A stretch of DNA of 64,000 nucleotides from assembly GCA_026025795.1 (NCBI GenBank), contig JAPEUG010000054.1, positions 1 through 64,000 of the forward strand. The letters are read 5' to 3'. The notes under the pieces were generated by a model that worked only from the letters and a program-made list of their open reading frames with translations, had not been told where the DNA came from and searched no databases. Position 1 is the stretch's first letter. Each line of letters starts with the position of its first letter. This document shows, piece by piece, positions 26,530 to 39,200 of this stretch. The position numbers were made by a program, and so were the translations under genes. This DNA is from Thelocarpon superellum. Lineage: Eukaryota.

Positions 26530-29052
26530 ATGAGTTCTCCCCAAGATCTGGGCCCGCTGCAGGACCGTATCACCGCCGCGCTGGTGGCCAGCACCAAGGG
26601 CGCCGCCCAACTTGCGGCCGAGGACCTTCCCTTTCAACGCTCCCTGGACCCCACATTTGGCCAAGCGCTCGACCGCCAGACGTCAAGGCTGTTGAATATC
26701 GCCCAAGGCCTGATTCGCACCGCTGTGACGGGCTCGGACATCACCATCCCACAGCTGCATGACGTCGATGATGTGGACAATCACTGGCGGGGCGTTGTCG
26801 ATGTGGTGGATACGCTGCTCGAACAGGCGGACGTCTGTCTAGATGAGTATACCGGAGTGATCAAACGAGCCACGGCCGAAGCCAAAGATAGCAGCGAATC
26901 AGTAGGTTGACCTACCGATGCCGACGCTTCCTCGCTGAATGGTCTAGTCTTCCCACTCCAAGCCGGCCAAGGGACGGCCCGTCAACAGCTTTCGAAATCA
27001 AAATCTCGTCAAGCCGCAACTGTTGTTCAAGTCCAGCACCACCAATCACGAAACCACGCCATGGAAGCCCTTACTCCGATCGAAGCCCCACGCCATCGTA
27101 CCGCTCGATCAGAGCATCGTCAGCTTCCGCAATGCGGACGGGGTCGAGCTGTACTGCGGCGCATCCCCATTCCCGCAGACTTGCGCTGATTGTTGGGTAG
27201 GTATCGAAATCCTTACGAGGCCGAGATCATGCAGTCGCGATATACCGCGACTGTGTATCAAGAAGCGGAGGCACAGCCATATCAGCAATTCGAGACGACA
27301 TCCGCGACCTTTGTCGACACACCCGAGGCCGTGCACAGCATGCTGGCTGAGCTAAAGCAGGCCAAAGAGATTGCAATCGACTTGGAACATCATGATGCTC
27401 GATCCTACGTGGGTTTGGTCTCGTTGATGCAGATCAGCACCCGGGAGAAGGATTGGATCGTCGACACGTTGAAGCCTTGGCGAGAGGATCTGCAGATCCT
27501 GAATGAGGTCTTTGCCGACCCGGCGATCCTGAAGGTCTTCCATGGCGCGTTCATGGACATGGTCTGGCTGCAGCGAGACCTGGGCATATACGTCGTCGGC
27601 CTTTTCGACACCTATCACGCCGCCCGAGCGCTGGGGTATCCTTCCGCTAGTCTGGCCTCGCTGCTCTCCCGTTTCATCCACATCCAAGCCGACAAGCAAT
27701 ACCAGATGGCCGACTGGCGCATTCGGCCGCTGCCCAAGGAACTCTTCAATTACGCCCGCTCGGATACGCACTACCTCCTCTACATCTACGATAACATGCG
27801 CAACGAATTGATTGGGCGATCCAAGTCCCTCCCACCCCAGGAACACTTGGTGGAGCGTGTGTTGCAAAGCTCGAAAGAGACCGCTCTGCAGATTTATGAG
27901 CGCCAGATCTACGATGCCACGAATGGAAGAGGACCAGGAGGGTGGTACAACATGCTCCAGAAAACCCCTGGTCTTCTCCCCAAAGAGCAGTTCGCCGTCT
28001 TCAAAGCCGTACACCAATGGCGTGATACTGTCGCCCGACAAAACGACGACAGCCTGAATTACGTCATGCCCAGGCCTGTGCTCTTTAGCATCGCGAGGAT
28101 GATGCCCTCGGACACGGCCACCTTGCTCAGCATCGCGCACCCAGTCTCTCAACCGATGCGTGCGAAGGCCAGTGAGCTGCTGGGTGTAATCAATCGTGCC
28201 AAAGAGGCCGGAGCGCATGGTCCCGAGATGATGGATATCTTCCGCCCGCGAGTGGAGGCGTCTACGGCTGACACTGGCGTCCCACGGAGCCACACCACTC
28301 CGATACCTGAGATTCAGCTGCAGCGCGGGCACGATCTCAGGGCCAGGCTTTCTCGCTTTTGGGGTCCTACGTCATCGCCGCCCTTGTCGTCGAATGGAGG
28401 CTTGACCAGCGCCGTCGGCCAGGACCTTCGCTTGGCGCTTCCACTCCCTCCCTTGACGGCCGAGATCTTTGAGAGTCAGGTCAAGGACAGAGAGACTGCG
28501 ACGCAAGCATCGACTGCCCCTGATCCGGGAGCTCACGCTGAACATGCATACGTCAAGGAGCGCCCGAGGCAAGAGGTAGAAAATGACGGCGTTTTCGTCG
28601 TGAAACGGCTTGGTGGCGGGCGGAAGCGGAAGAACAGCCGTGTGGAGGAGACGGCCGATGTGCTGGGCGGAGACCGCGAAGACAACACCGCGGCCGCCGA
28701 TGAGCGTACAGAAGATGTCTTACCGATCGAGAGGGACAATGAGTCGGTCCAACAAAAGAAGAAAGTGAAGAAGGAGCGCAAACGACTTGCGAAACAACAA
28801 AGGGCACAAGCACACTTGCCTTCGGACGACTCATCGAATCAGCACACGCCAGGACATTTGGAGGAAGGCGAGCACGAGCCATTTGATTATGCCAACGCCG
28901 AATCAGTCCTGCATGCGAAAAGGGGAGATGCCCCGGGCAAGAGCGGTCCCAAGGCTGCCTTCAATCCCTATGCCAAGTTGAACGATGCACCGCAGGGCAT
29001 GCGACGATCGAGAAAGGAGAAGGTGGGAAAAAGCATGACGTATAGAAGTTAG
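26530..29052 (+). CDS. RRP6: Nuclear exosome 3'-5' exonuclease Rrp6 (PMC2NT, DEDD exonuclease, HRDC)
   Basis: 'EIAIDLEHHDARSYVGLVSLMQISTR', 'VFHGAFMDMVWLQRD', 'QMADWRIRPL', 'YARSDTHYLLYIYD', HRDC 'WRDTVARQNDDSLNYVMP'. Two 5' introns. Confidence 0.96.
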
Positions 29053-29951
29053 AATGAAGAGGAGGGTCCTTGTAAGAGAGGTGGTACCTCTTTCACTGAC
29101 CACCGAATCAAAGTGAGCGAAAGCCACCTTAGAAGCTACCATGGCACCAGTCCCACTCGCCGTACCTAGTTGGTAGTCGCACAACCTGGCAGCTTTATGG
29201 AGCCCTTACGCAAAGAGGGCTTGAGGATAGACCCGAAACGATCACGAAAGCAGACGCGATCAGGGGAGTATCTAGAGACCAAGGACTCAAAGCATGGATT
29301 ACCAGTTAGGCCCCATCTTCCTTTTCCGCTTATCGTGCCATCGCGCGCCTCAGGGAAGTAGGAACCCGACCAGCTGACAGTGTTTGGTCGTAGGCAGGAT
29401 TCCTCAGAAGCACCACAATGGCCATGACAGAATCCACCACCGACGCCAGCATCTCCGAGATTCGTCCCTTCTGCGGCACATCGTAGTTGAGAGAGGTTGA
29501 CGACATGGGATATGGTCAACGGTTGAGGTAGGGCGTGCGAGCCGAGCCGGCTCCTGATCCCTGCGCAATTTTCCATCAGTGATTGGATGATGCTTCCGCG
29601 ATGCAGGACACGTCCGACTAACTAGAAAAGCAGCCGAATGGGATCGTCGCCATTCGTGACGCCGTGCCCGCGCACCTCAGCTCCAAGGTGTCCCTGCCAT
29701 TGATCGTGCACCGTTTCTGAACCCGGCGTCTCGATTACCTTCTCCCTGTCCTCGCGCTCAAGCATCTTCTATCCAAGCAACCGCCCGTTCAAGCACCGTC
29801 TCTCGACCGGATCGACGCTTCTCGGCTCTCATCGCGCGCTCCAAGTCAAAATCGACGTGTCAGACAACGGCCCGGTGACCGGCCGAGTCTCACGCCGTTC
29901 ATCACCCTCGCTCCTCAGAATGAGACATGCTACACGGATAGATTCTGATTA

Positions 29952-30294
29952 ATGCACCCCTTCTCTGTCCTCACCCTTTCCATCTTCGTCGCCGGCTACA
30001 TCACCGCCAGGTGGGATCTGGTCACTCGGCTCTATGAGCTTTCCAAGTTCGCCTGGGAACACGGCGTGGTGGTGAGGAACGCTTGGGGTCCCGCGAGGCA
30101 TACCATGCTTCTCAACTCGACTGATCATCACGCAGACCCGCGCCGCCAAAGGCTTCGCCATCCTCTCCCTCTTTTTCTTCCTCTTCATCCTGCCTTTCGA
30201 ACGCGTCGCGTCTCGTGAAACGTCGCTACATCCTCGATCCTCCGGCGGTGGCATTTCGGCCCGAGAACAGCTTCGGCGTCGAGGGTCCTTTTGA
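29952..30294 (+). CDS. Small two-exon membrane protein (92 aa) directly upstream of GPI1
   Basis: Exons 29952-30071 and 30136-30294 (intron GTGAGG...CTGAT...CGCAG) give MHPFSVLTLSIFVAGYITARWDLVTRLYELSKFAWEHGVV/TRAAKGFAILSLFFFLFILPFERVASRETSLHPRSSGGGISAREQLRRRGSF*, with two hydrophobic segments. Confidence 0.75.
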
Positions 30295-30320
30295 GCTCGG
30301 GCGGGCATGCCGACGCTGTA

Positions 30321-32670
30321 ATGGTCGGGGCCACGCCGCTGATGAGAATCTTCTGGCCTCTAGATACCCCGCGGTCCGAATCAAGTGGTGTCATCGTGGG
30401 CTGGAGGAACTCCGATCTTGATCTCTTCGTCGTCACCATCCTCGAGCATGTCGAGCCGCAAAGCGTGGAGGTTGCCTTGCGTGCGGGGTCGCTGTACCGC
30501 AACACCCAACATTCCATCGGCCGCATCTTCAATCTCTGTGGCGTCTCGACGACACACATCCTCGGCCGGAGCAACCCCCGCGGTCCCGACACCGCCCGGC
30601 TCTCCCCCCTTCAGATCCACGCCTACGTCAGACCCTCGTCGCCTGTTCCCGTCGTCACCTGTCCTAGTGCAGCAGCGATGAACATCCAGATCATCATGTT
30701 CCACCGGCCGGATCCCACGCGAATGCAGTACATGTCCTTGGACCCAATCTCGCTGGCGCTCGGAGATAAGATTGATGAATTGGAACAGACCAAACAACTG
30801 GCCGAGGTGGACGATGTGGAAGAAGAGAAGGAACGCCAACGGAAGCTTCGACTGATTGAGAAGATCCAGCTTCATTCCGTCACCCGACATCCGCCGTCAC
30901 AGAAGGAATCGTCGCTCCCGGTGATCATTCATCAGGTGAACAGCTCCTCCGAGATGGGAAGGCTGCTGCAGAAGAACGTGGGCTTGGTGGGACCTCGTCC
31001 GAAGAGAAGTCTTAGCGTGGGAGAGCGCGTGGTAGAGTCGGCGTCGAGCCTCTGGGACTACGCCGTGTTGGGCCTGTGGAACGTCATCACGGAATGGCTC
31101 TATCCGTTCTTTCGACGCATCTTCGTCATCGGACTGACGTGTCATCGCGTGGTGGCGGAGATGATCCTTCGCATCTTGGAATGGCGTCTCCGACCGGGTC
31201 ACGCGGCGTTGAAGGATGTATCGGCGACGGCCCAGCAAATCGACATCCGACTACAGCAGTTTTGCTACTGGCCCATCCAGTACCTGACCCTGCGAAAGCG
31301 GAAGGAAGATTGGCAGAGTGTGACGGACAGCCATCCCGACTACATCCGATTCTATAACAGCTTGTGGCTGGTGGCGAACGACGTGATTATGGGCATCGCC
31401 CTTGGTTCGTACATTGTGGATAACGCGCCGTGGGTCGCGTACCAGATCAACACCATCGTCAGCGCCTACACCATCGAGGGCTTGCAACGGATGATCGCAT
31501 GGCTGATGGACTGGCCGGCCGGGTTGAAGCTGAACAACGAGCTCGCGGCCTTTTTGGGAGACTTATTCCTCTGGGTGATTGACTACTGGGCCGGTGAGTA
31601 TCTCCTGCACGGGTGGTCGGAGGTGCGCCAACATTGAATAGGGTGTGTGGGAAGTTTACGACCGGTGCTCCCACACGTCATCTACTTCATCGGCTTCTCC
31701 AGCTTCGCTGGTGCGAGCATGCCCATTTCGATGTTCTCCGACTTGCTGTCCATCCTCACCCTCCACATCTATTCCTTTTACGTGGCCTCGGCGCGGATCT
31801 ACAATTGGCAGCTCTCCATCATCATTTCCTTATTCCACCTGTTCCGGGGGAAGAAACGAAACGTTCTCCGCAACCGAATCGACTCGTGCGACTATGATCT
31901 CGACCAACTACTCCTCGGCACGATCCTGTTCACGTTACTATTCTTCTTGCTTCCAACCGTGGTCGTATTTTACCTCACTTTTGCATCGGCCCGGATGGTG
32001 ATCATCTCGTTGAAAGCGGCGTTAGACACGTTACTGGCATGCTTGAATCATTTCCCCTTGTTTGCATTGATGCTTCGGATCAAGGATTCCCGGCGTTTAC
32101 CTGGCGGGATCCGGTTCGAGCTCCACGATACCCTGACTCCCACCACTTCTCCCCTCTCACCCGACTCGACTGTTCCACAAACGGCATACATTCATCTGGA
32201 GGTAAGCCTACACCATCTTCACCTCACTCTCAATCCAACACTAACGATCCTCCCACCAGCCTGTCCCGCTCCCCTTTCGCGAGATGTTCCACCAATACTT
32301 CCAGCTGGGCCACCGGCTGCGGAAGCATTATCTCTCGCCACGGGTACTCTTCTGCCTCGCCACAGGGCGCTTCGTGCCGCCGATCCACCGGAAAAACCTG
32401 TACAGCCTGCAATACAGCATGTTGCCCGCGCGCCGGGCCGGGATCTTGGAGATGTGGACACGCCTGACGCAGGATTCCCCGCCCACGAACTCGCCCTTTT
32501 CACCCACCACCACCAGCACCCCTTCTCCTCTATCGCCCTTGTCACCCTTGATGGAGAGTATGAGCATGTCCTGGAACGGGACAGCGCGAGAGCATGGAAA
32601 TGGGAACGGGAACGGGAATGGAGGTGGACGGGGAAGCGTACGGAAGAGGACCAAGGGAAGGGGATGGTGA
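30321..32670 (+). CDS. GPI1: GPI-GlcNAc transferase subunit Gpi1 (PIG-Q)
   Basis: 'MRIFWP', 'QQIDIRLQQFCYWP', 'YIRFYNSLWLVAND', 'WLMDWPAGLKLNNELAAFLG', 'LFRGKKRNVLRNRIDSCDYDLDQLLLGTILFT'. Introns at ~31594-31641 and 32202-32259. Confidence 0.95.
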
Positions 32671-32900
32671 ATCCATGACATCGGTAAAAGAGCGCAGGTG
32701 AGTGAGTGGGATGAAAGTCATCTCGGCGGACATGGCCCAACGCTCTCTGCGAGCTCTAGCAGCGGAGAAATATGTATCCATAATTTATCGGATGTGAGAA
32801 AGTCGAATATATGGCAGTCGCTTTCGTACTTCCTGTGGCAGCATCAAAGAAACTCGTGGTTCCCTCCATCGTTCCACGCAACGCAACGCATGGCACCGCA

Positions 32901-35878
32901 TCACAGCGCCAGCACGCTCTGGAAGAAAGGATTGTCACGCAGGGCCTGGTTCTCGTTGACCAAGTCGCGCAGACGCTGTGTCTTCTGCGCCGCGGACATT
33001 CCGCCCTCCTTCGCCCCTTCCCGTCCTTCGACCTCGGCCTTCCATCGTGCCAACACCTCCTTCAGCATCGCAGAGCCCGCTTCAATGTCCGCTTTGGAGT
33101 GCTTGGCGTGGCTTCCGTCGTCTGGATGCGCGCCGCTGCCCGCGCCCGTGCCGCCCGTGAAATCTTCGAGCTCGTCCGCTTTTCGTCTCGCCATTTGCAC
33201 CACCTTGGGCGGAAACCGCACCAGTTCCGCCACGTGGATCCCGAAGCTTTGGTCGCATACGCCCGGGGCTACTTTGTACAGCAGTGTGACTTCGCGCTTG
33301 GCTGGCGTGGCCGCGGGCGTGGCTGCTGGACTGGACGAGTCGTCAATGTGCGCCACGACGTGCAGGTTCTTGACTGCCGCGTAGGTGTCGCTGAGCGCCG
33401 TCAACTCGTGGAAGTGCGTGGCGAACATGGAGAAGCAGCTGATCTCCTTGATGATGTGTTCCGAGATGGCCCACGCCAGGCCGAAGCCGTCGTACGTGCT
33501 CGTGCCGCGGCCTAGCTCGTCGATGATGATCAGGGACTCGGACGTGGCGGATTTGAGAATGTTGGCTGTTTCCAGCATCTCCGCCATGAATGTTGATACC
33601 CCCTTCAGCTGCGAGTCGCTGGCCCCAACCCGCGCCAGGATGCAGTCGAAGAGTGTGAGCTCGGCCTCGGAACATGGCACAAAGCACCCGACTTGCGCCA
33701 TCAGCGCAATCACGCCGATCTGCCGGATGTACGTCGACTTGCCGCCCATGTTGGGCCCTGTGATGATTAGGAATTCGGAGGATCCTCGTCGCAGCTCTAC
33801 ATCGTTCGTGATGAATTGGATGTCGTCCTGCATTTCCATGCATGGGTGTCGCGCTTCCTTCAGGACCGTGTTGCCTTCGCCACGCGGATGGATTGTTGGT
33901 CGGACGTAGGAGGTCGGGGCGTGAACCGAGACATGGGCAAAGCTGACGATCACGTCGAGATGGGCCAAGACGCCCGCGAGCTGTTCGATGACCGGGCAAT
34001 AGGAGGCTGCATCGCCGGTCAGCGCGTGCCTTCATCCTCCGTTGCCAACCGCACGCACCTGCTACATTGACCACTTCGCTCACAAGCCCCGTCTGTGTCC
34101 GGTTGTAGTTGGCCGACAACTGATCAAATTCCCGTCGCATGCTCAGCATGGCATCGTTGGTGAAGTAGACCCCATTCTTCTGCGTCGAGCACTCCTTGAA
34201 CTGCTTCTTGTTGCGGATACACCCCGCCTCCTGTCATCGGTCAGTGACTCCATACGATGCCGGTCAACAAAGCCTGATTCACGTACGTTTCGTGTCAATC
34301 GAAAGCACCATCCATGTACTTTGTGCGTGTCCAGGAACAGCTTCTTCTCCGTGTCCTGATTTAATTCGCGCCCCACGCGTCGGTGCTCAACCTCCATGTC
34401 GTATTTGAGCTTGTCCAGCTTCTGTCGGATCGTGCGGAGAGCATCATCGAACTCGGGCTTGATGATGAATTCATGATTGTCGAGCGCATCCAGATCGACC
34501 GTCGTCTCCACCATCTCTTGTAACTTAGCCAGGCTGTTGAGGTGCTCCTGCGAAGGTCAGCTCGGGTCAGAGGGGTGGAAGGGAAACCACCCACATTGAG
34601 CTTGGACGTGTAGGCCGCGTACAGCGGATCCCGGTATTGCTCATCCATGACGCCGTCCAGGGTCGAGATGAAGCCTGGGACGCGAATCACCACCTGATAT
34701 GCCCGCACCACATCCTCCAGATTGGCCATCTTCCGCTGGAAGCGCTTGGCCAGCCGATACAGGTCCGGAATTGAGCGAAGATGCTCTTCCTGCATCGTCT
34801 GTCGGAGTTCCGTGTCCGTGACAAAGGCTTCGACGAGCTGTTGCCGGTTCTCAATCTCCTCGCGGCTCATCAGCGGCTGCTTGAGCCACTGCGCCAGGAG
34901 CCGACTGCCGACGGGAGTCTTGCAGTGGTTCAGCAAGCCATAGAGGCTCATGTTTTTCGCCCCGTCCCGTGGTCCCGGCATCAGATTCAGTGCCTTTAGA
35001 GCCGACGCGTCCAGCTTCATGTACTGTGACAGGTCGTGTTGGTACAGGCGATACTGGCCAAAGTTGGATGGATCGCTCAAGACGCCGAGGTATTTAACCA
35101 GCGCGGCGGCGGCGCCCATGGCCAGCTTCAGATCGGTCTGGGGCAAGGCGGTCATGCCGCGATCGTCGCGCAGCAGCCGGCTCAGATCTTGTTCGATGTC
35201 GCTAGTGCCAAAGTCGGCCACGGTCCGCTCGGCATAGGCGATACCGCAGCTGTCCATGATCGCCTTGAGCTTGGACAGCTCCACGTCTTTCTGGGAGATG
35301 TTGGCCTGGAGGAGACACTCCTTGACCCCCAATTGGATGAGAAGCGACTCAAAGTTGGAATAGAGGTCGTTATCGAGGAATTCGCTGACTCCCAGCTCGC
35401 GCACGCTGGCGTCGGCAAAGCAGACGCCGACCTTGCGGGCCTCGGAGGCCTTGGCCGAGACCTTGACGGCCAGGATGATTGGGGCCGACTCGATATGTCC
35501 ACCCAGTTCTTCCTCGACGTCCTGCAAGTTCCCGGGTGAGGCTTGCTTGGCGACCTTCCAGTTCATCCGCCCCGTCGACTCCCACACCTCGACGCGCTTG
35601 CCTAGGCGGAATAGCACGTCACGGAGAAAGTTGCGATAGACCGTGATGGTCATCGTCACCGACGGCAGCCCCCCGCCATCGCTGCGGCCTAGCTGTCGCA
35701 GGACGGCGGTAGACTTGTAGACGGTGCGTGCGACGAAGACGGCATCTTCGCCGTGGGCCGTGTACCAGTCGCCGCGGTCGAAGATCCGGATGGTGTCGTC
35801 CCCAACATCGGGAAGACCGCGGAAGAAGCGAATGAAGCCGCCCTCATCATCGATCTTGAGCTCTGGGCGGGACGCCAT
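32901..35878 (-). CDS. MSH2: DNA mismatch repair protein Msh2
   Basis: '[19 protein letters not shown]', '[15 protein letters not shown]', '[11 protein letters not shown]', P-loop '[15 protein letters not shown]', 'STFMAEM', '[12 protein letters not shown]', 'FATHFHEL'. Confidence 0.97.
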
Positions 35879-36436
35879 GACGCCTCCGGAATTGAAACAG
35901 GGCACGTCGATGCGATTGAGCCTAGGGGAAGTGGTGGCGGACGAGGTGAGATACGGCCACGGCCAGTACGTGGGGCAGACGCGTTGATGGGCGACGCGTA
36001 GCATACCTGGCACGTGACCCCAAGTTGTTCGCCCAGCTGCCCGCACCATGGCGCACAGCTCCAAATTCATACGCATACGGGTGCTGGAGCGCACGACCTG
36101 GTGATTGGACGGGCTCGCCTCAGAACCTCCCCTCGTCTCAAGAAGCGATCCACAGTTCCATTAATTGATGACTGTGGATTCGCTCCTGCGGAAGACTATT
36201 GGTACCGAATGTTGACGTCACGGCGTGCCTGTCGATGGTAAGGGAAGCGACGCAGAGGCGCAGAGATGAGCTCCAAAACACCCACCCACCCAGGCAACAG
36301 ACCGGGCCCGGCGCAGGGTCCGTCCAACACAGAAAAACTCCACGCCACGCCACGCTCCGCTCATGATGCACGCCAAGATGAACCAATGCATGATGCCGAC
36401 CTCCCACGCTGACTAGACTGAGCGCTTCTCTTTTCC

Positions 36437-39200
36437 TCAGGCCTCATCCACGTCGGCGCTGAGCTCTCGTTCAATCTCCGCCGCCAGCTCCTGTTCAAGA
36501 TCAAAGTCATCCAGCCCCATCTCTGCCAGCTCCTCCTCTTCTGCCGCCAGCTCCGCCTCCGCCTCCGCCTCTGCGTCGGCGCGCTCCTCGGCCGTCGTGT
36601 CCGGACTCGGCAGACTCGACCCGTTCAATGCCGACGACTCGACGGCCTTCAAGGTCGTCGTCCGCGCGCGGGCCACTTGCTGCCGTTTCGCCAATGGCGA
36701 CCCATTCTCTTGCGGTCCTCCCTCTGAAGCTCGAGAGGCGTCATCGGTCGCGCTCAGTTGAGAGGATTGCGATCGTTTGCGCTTCATCACCACTCCACCT
36801 GGCTGGCTCGAGTCTGACGCGCCGCTCTCGCCCTCGCTGTCCTCTCCATCGGACCCGAGAAAGTCGGCCAGGTCGTCCTCCACCTCCTTCCAGTTGTACC
36901 CCTCGAAGCCGTCGACAGGTGAGTGATTCTCGTCCAACTCAGCGGGCATAACCCCGTCTGGATCGTCCGTGTCGGCATTGGTATTCTCACCGTCCTCATC
37001 CAGATGGTCGGGCATGTCGTTCTCTGATGATAGGAGGATGTCCTCGTCGTCATCAGTAAGATCCAGGTCGACGTCAACGTCCATCGCATGCTTTCCGCGA
37101 CCACCCTCGCGATCATCGGGGTGCAGAGGGATGAGGAAGTCATCCTCAGGCAGGCGTTGCCACTGCGAGATGGAGTCTAGGAGCCACTGGGTCGCCACAA
37201 TCTTGATCCGCTGGATCCGTGCGGCTTGACGAACCTTGGCCGTCCGATTCCGCGCCGCGACCACATGCGTCGTGTGCTTGTTGACGTGCAACGCAACGCG
37301 TGCGCCAAAGCTCGTTGCCCAGAGCGCAATGTCGGATCTGTGGGACGTGTTAGTCCATGTGATGGAAGGCGGTCGAGCCTAAGTACCGTTGGATGTCCGT
37401 CCCAAGCGGCACAACGCCAGAGAGCACCAGGACCACGCCTTCGAGCACGCGGAGCTTCATGAGGGGCAGGATACACTTGACGTCTGGCACGGCGTCCAGG
37501 TCGGCACTACCTTCTTGCACGGGCACCTTCCTCACGCTGCGATCGCCGCGAAGTTCAGCGATCCGGTTGGTCGGAGCCTTGTCCAGCTTGTGGTCGTATT
37601 CCTCGAAAAAGGCGCGATGGACCTCGCGAAGATTCTGCTCCAGGTACCGAAGCTCGGTATCGCTGTCGCGCAGTAGATGGTGTCGAGGTGGGGCGGAGGG
37701 TGGATCCGCGTCCGCTACCATATCCTCGGCCATGGCCGCCGCTGCACTGTCGGCCGCGTCTAAGCGCCGCTGCTGCTGCAACAAGGGCCGATCTTGAAGC
37801 TGCGCCGTCAGCGTCTCGTCCTGCTTCGTGGCCTGTTGTCGTAGCACCGTCGGATCATCTCCCCCGCCCATGGACACCAGTTGATCTAGCGCCGACACGT
37901 CGTGCTTGGTTGGGAGATCGGCGCCTGCCGGGAGAACGTCATCATCTGCGGCCCCGGAAGTCTGCTCGTGGGGGTTGGTGTCCGCCTCGACGAGCGGGGC
38001 TTCGACTTGCGGCGCAGGAAGCACGGCTGGCGAAGGCGTGGACTGCAACTCGGCCTTTTTGGGCAGAAAACTCGAGTTGATGTCGCCGATACCGACGAAG
38101 AAGTCGTAGGGCGTCACCTTGATCAGATTGTCGCTCCATTTCCACACGTCCCCACGATCGTCGATGATGACGACCATCTTGGTGTCAACAGGAAACAGTC
38201 GCTGAAGATTCTTGGCGGTCAAGCTGCCACTCTCGTCGCGGCTCAAGATGCGATCTCCGAAGATTTTGCGCTCCGGGTCGACGATGTTGGCGATGTGACG
38301 GGCGTACGCACGCGTACCCATGGTGTAGATGTGCAGCTCATACAGCTTCGACACATTCTCTAAGAAGGCAGCGAGACCCGGCCGAAGCTTGATGTAGTAC
38401 CAGCAGCCGCGCACGCCCGGCCCATCGGTGGCCAGCTGAAAGGCCTGGACGTCCTTGACCGCACCGTGGTTGGGATTGTCCTGGTCGCGCTGCCACTCAG
38501 CCACGGTGGGATCGACGGTGGCGTGGATGATGGTCTGATCAAGGTCGACGACCAGGGAGAGCTTCTTGGATTGCAGCAGACGCCGCTTGGCCGCCTCTTC
38601 CACGCGCGTCGCCTCGTCCTGGCTGACGGTCAGGGCGTTGTTGTCGTGAGTCATGCTGATGGTCGCGCGATCGGCATTGCTGATATCGGTGTTGTATGAG
38701 ACTCTGGCGCGCGACACGACAGCACAGCGTCAGCTAGATCGACCGCGGTAGGCGCGAGGACGAAAGGAGGCAACGTACTCGGTCATATCCTTGCCACAGA
38801 TGGTGCACATGCCACCGAATTGGACCGAGTGGGAGCATGGCTCCTCGATGTCAGCCACCCCAACACTGAGGGTGCGTGAGCATAGGACGCTGCAAGGGTG
38901 GGGAAGCGGGCAGGGAGGAGGGGGAGGGGAAGAAGGGGGTGGGACGTACTGGTCGGCTGCTATGACAGTCCCTTCCTCGATGGCCCATGCGCGGAGAACC
39001 CCCTCGACGGGAGACTCGTAGCGGGAGGGAAAGGTTTTGACGACTTCATGCTCCTCGCCGAAGCGATTGCCCTCGGTGACGGTTGTGCTGTAGTAGTAGG
39101 CAAACAAGGCTTCGGATCGGTCGACATGGTCATTGGGCTGTTTGAGGAGTTCTGTGACGGTGATTGGGTAATGGAGGGAGGACGGGAGCTGTAATCGCAT
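36437..39200 (-). CDS. FCP1: RNA polymerase II CTD phosphatase Fcp1
   Basis: 'CSHSVQFGGMCTICGKD', catalytic 'LVVDLDQTIIHA', 'YYIKLRPG', 'FGDRILSRDE', 'IIDDRGDVW', BRCT 'TTHVVA...WLLDSISQWQR'. Confidence 0.96.

Noticed and set aside
3882..39200. Apparent functional grouping of RNA-processing genes (NAB3, UTP6, RRP6, FCP1) and GPI genes (CWH43, GPI1)
   Set aside because: They are interspersed with unrelated housekeeping genes; chance or ancestral synteny is a sufficient explanation.
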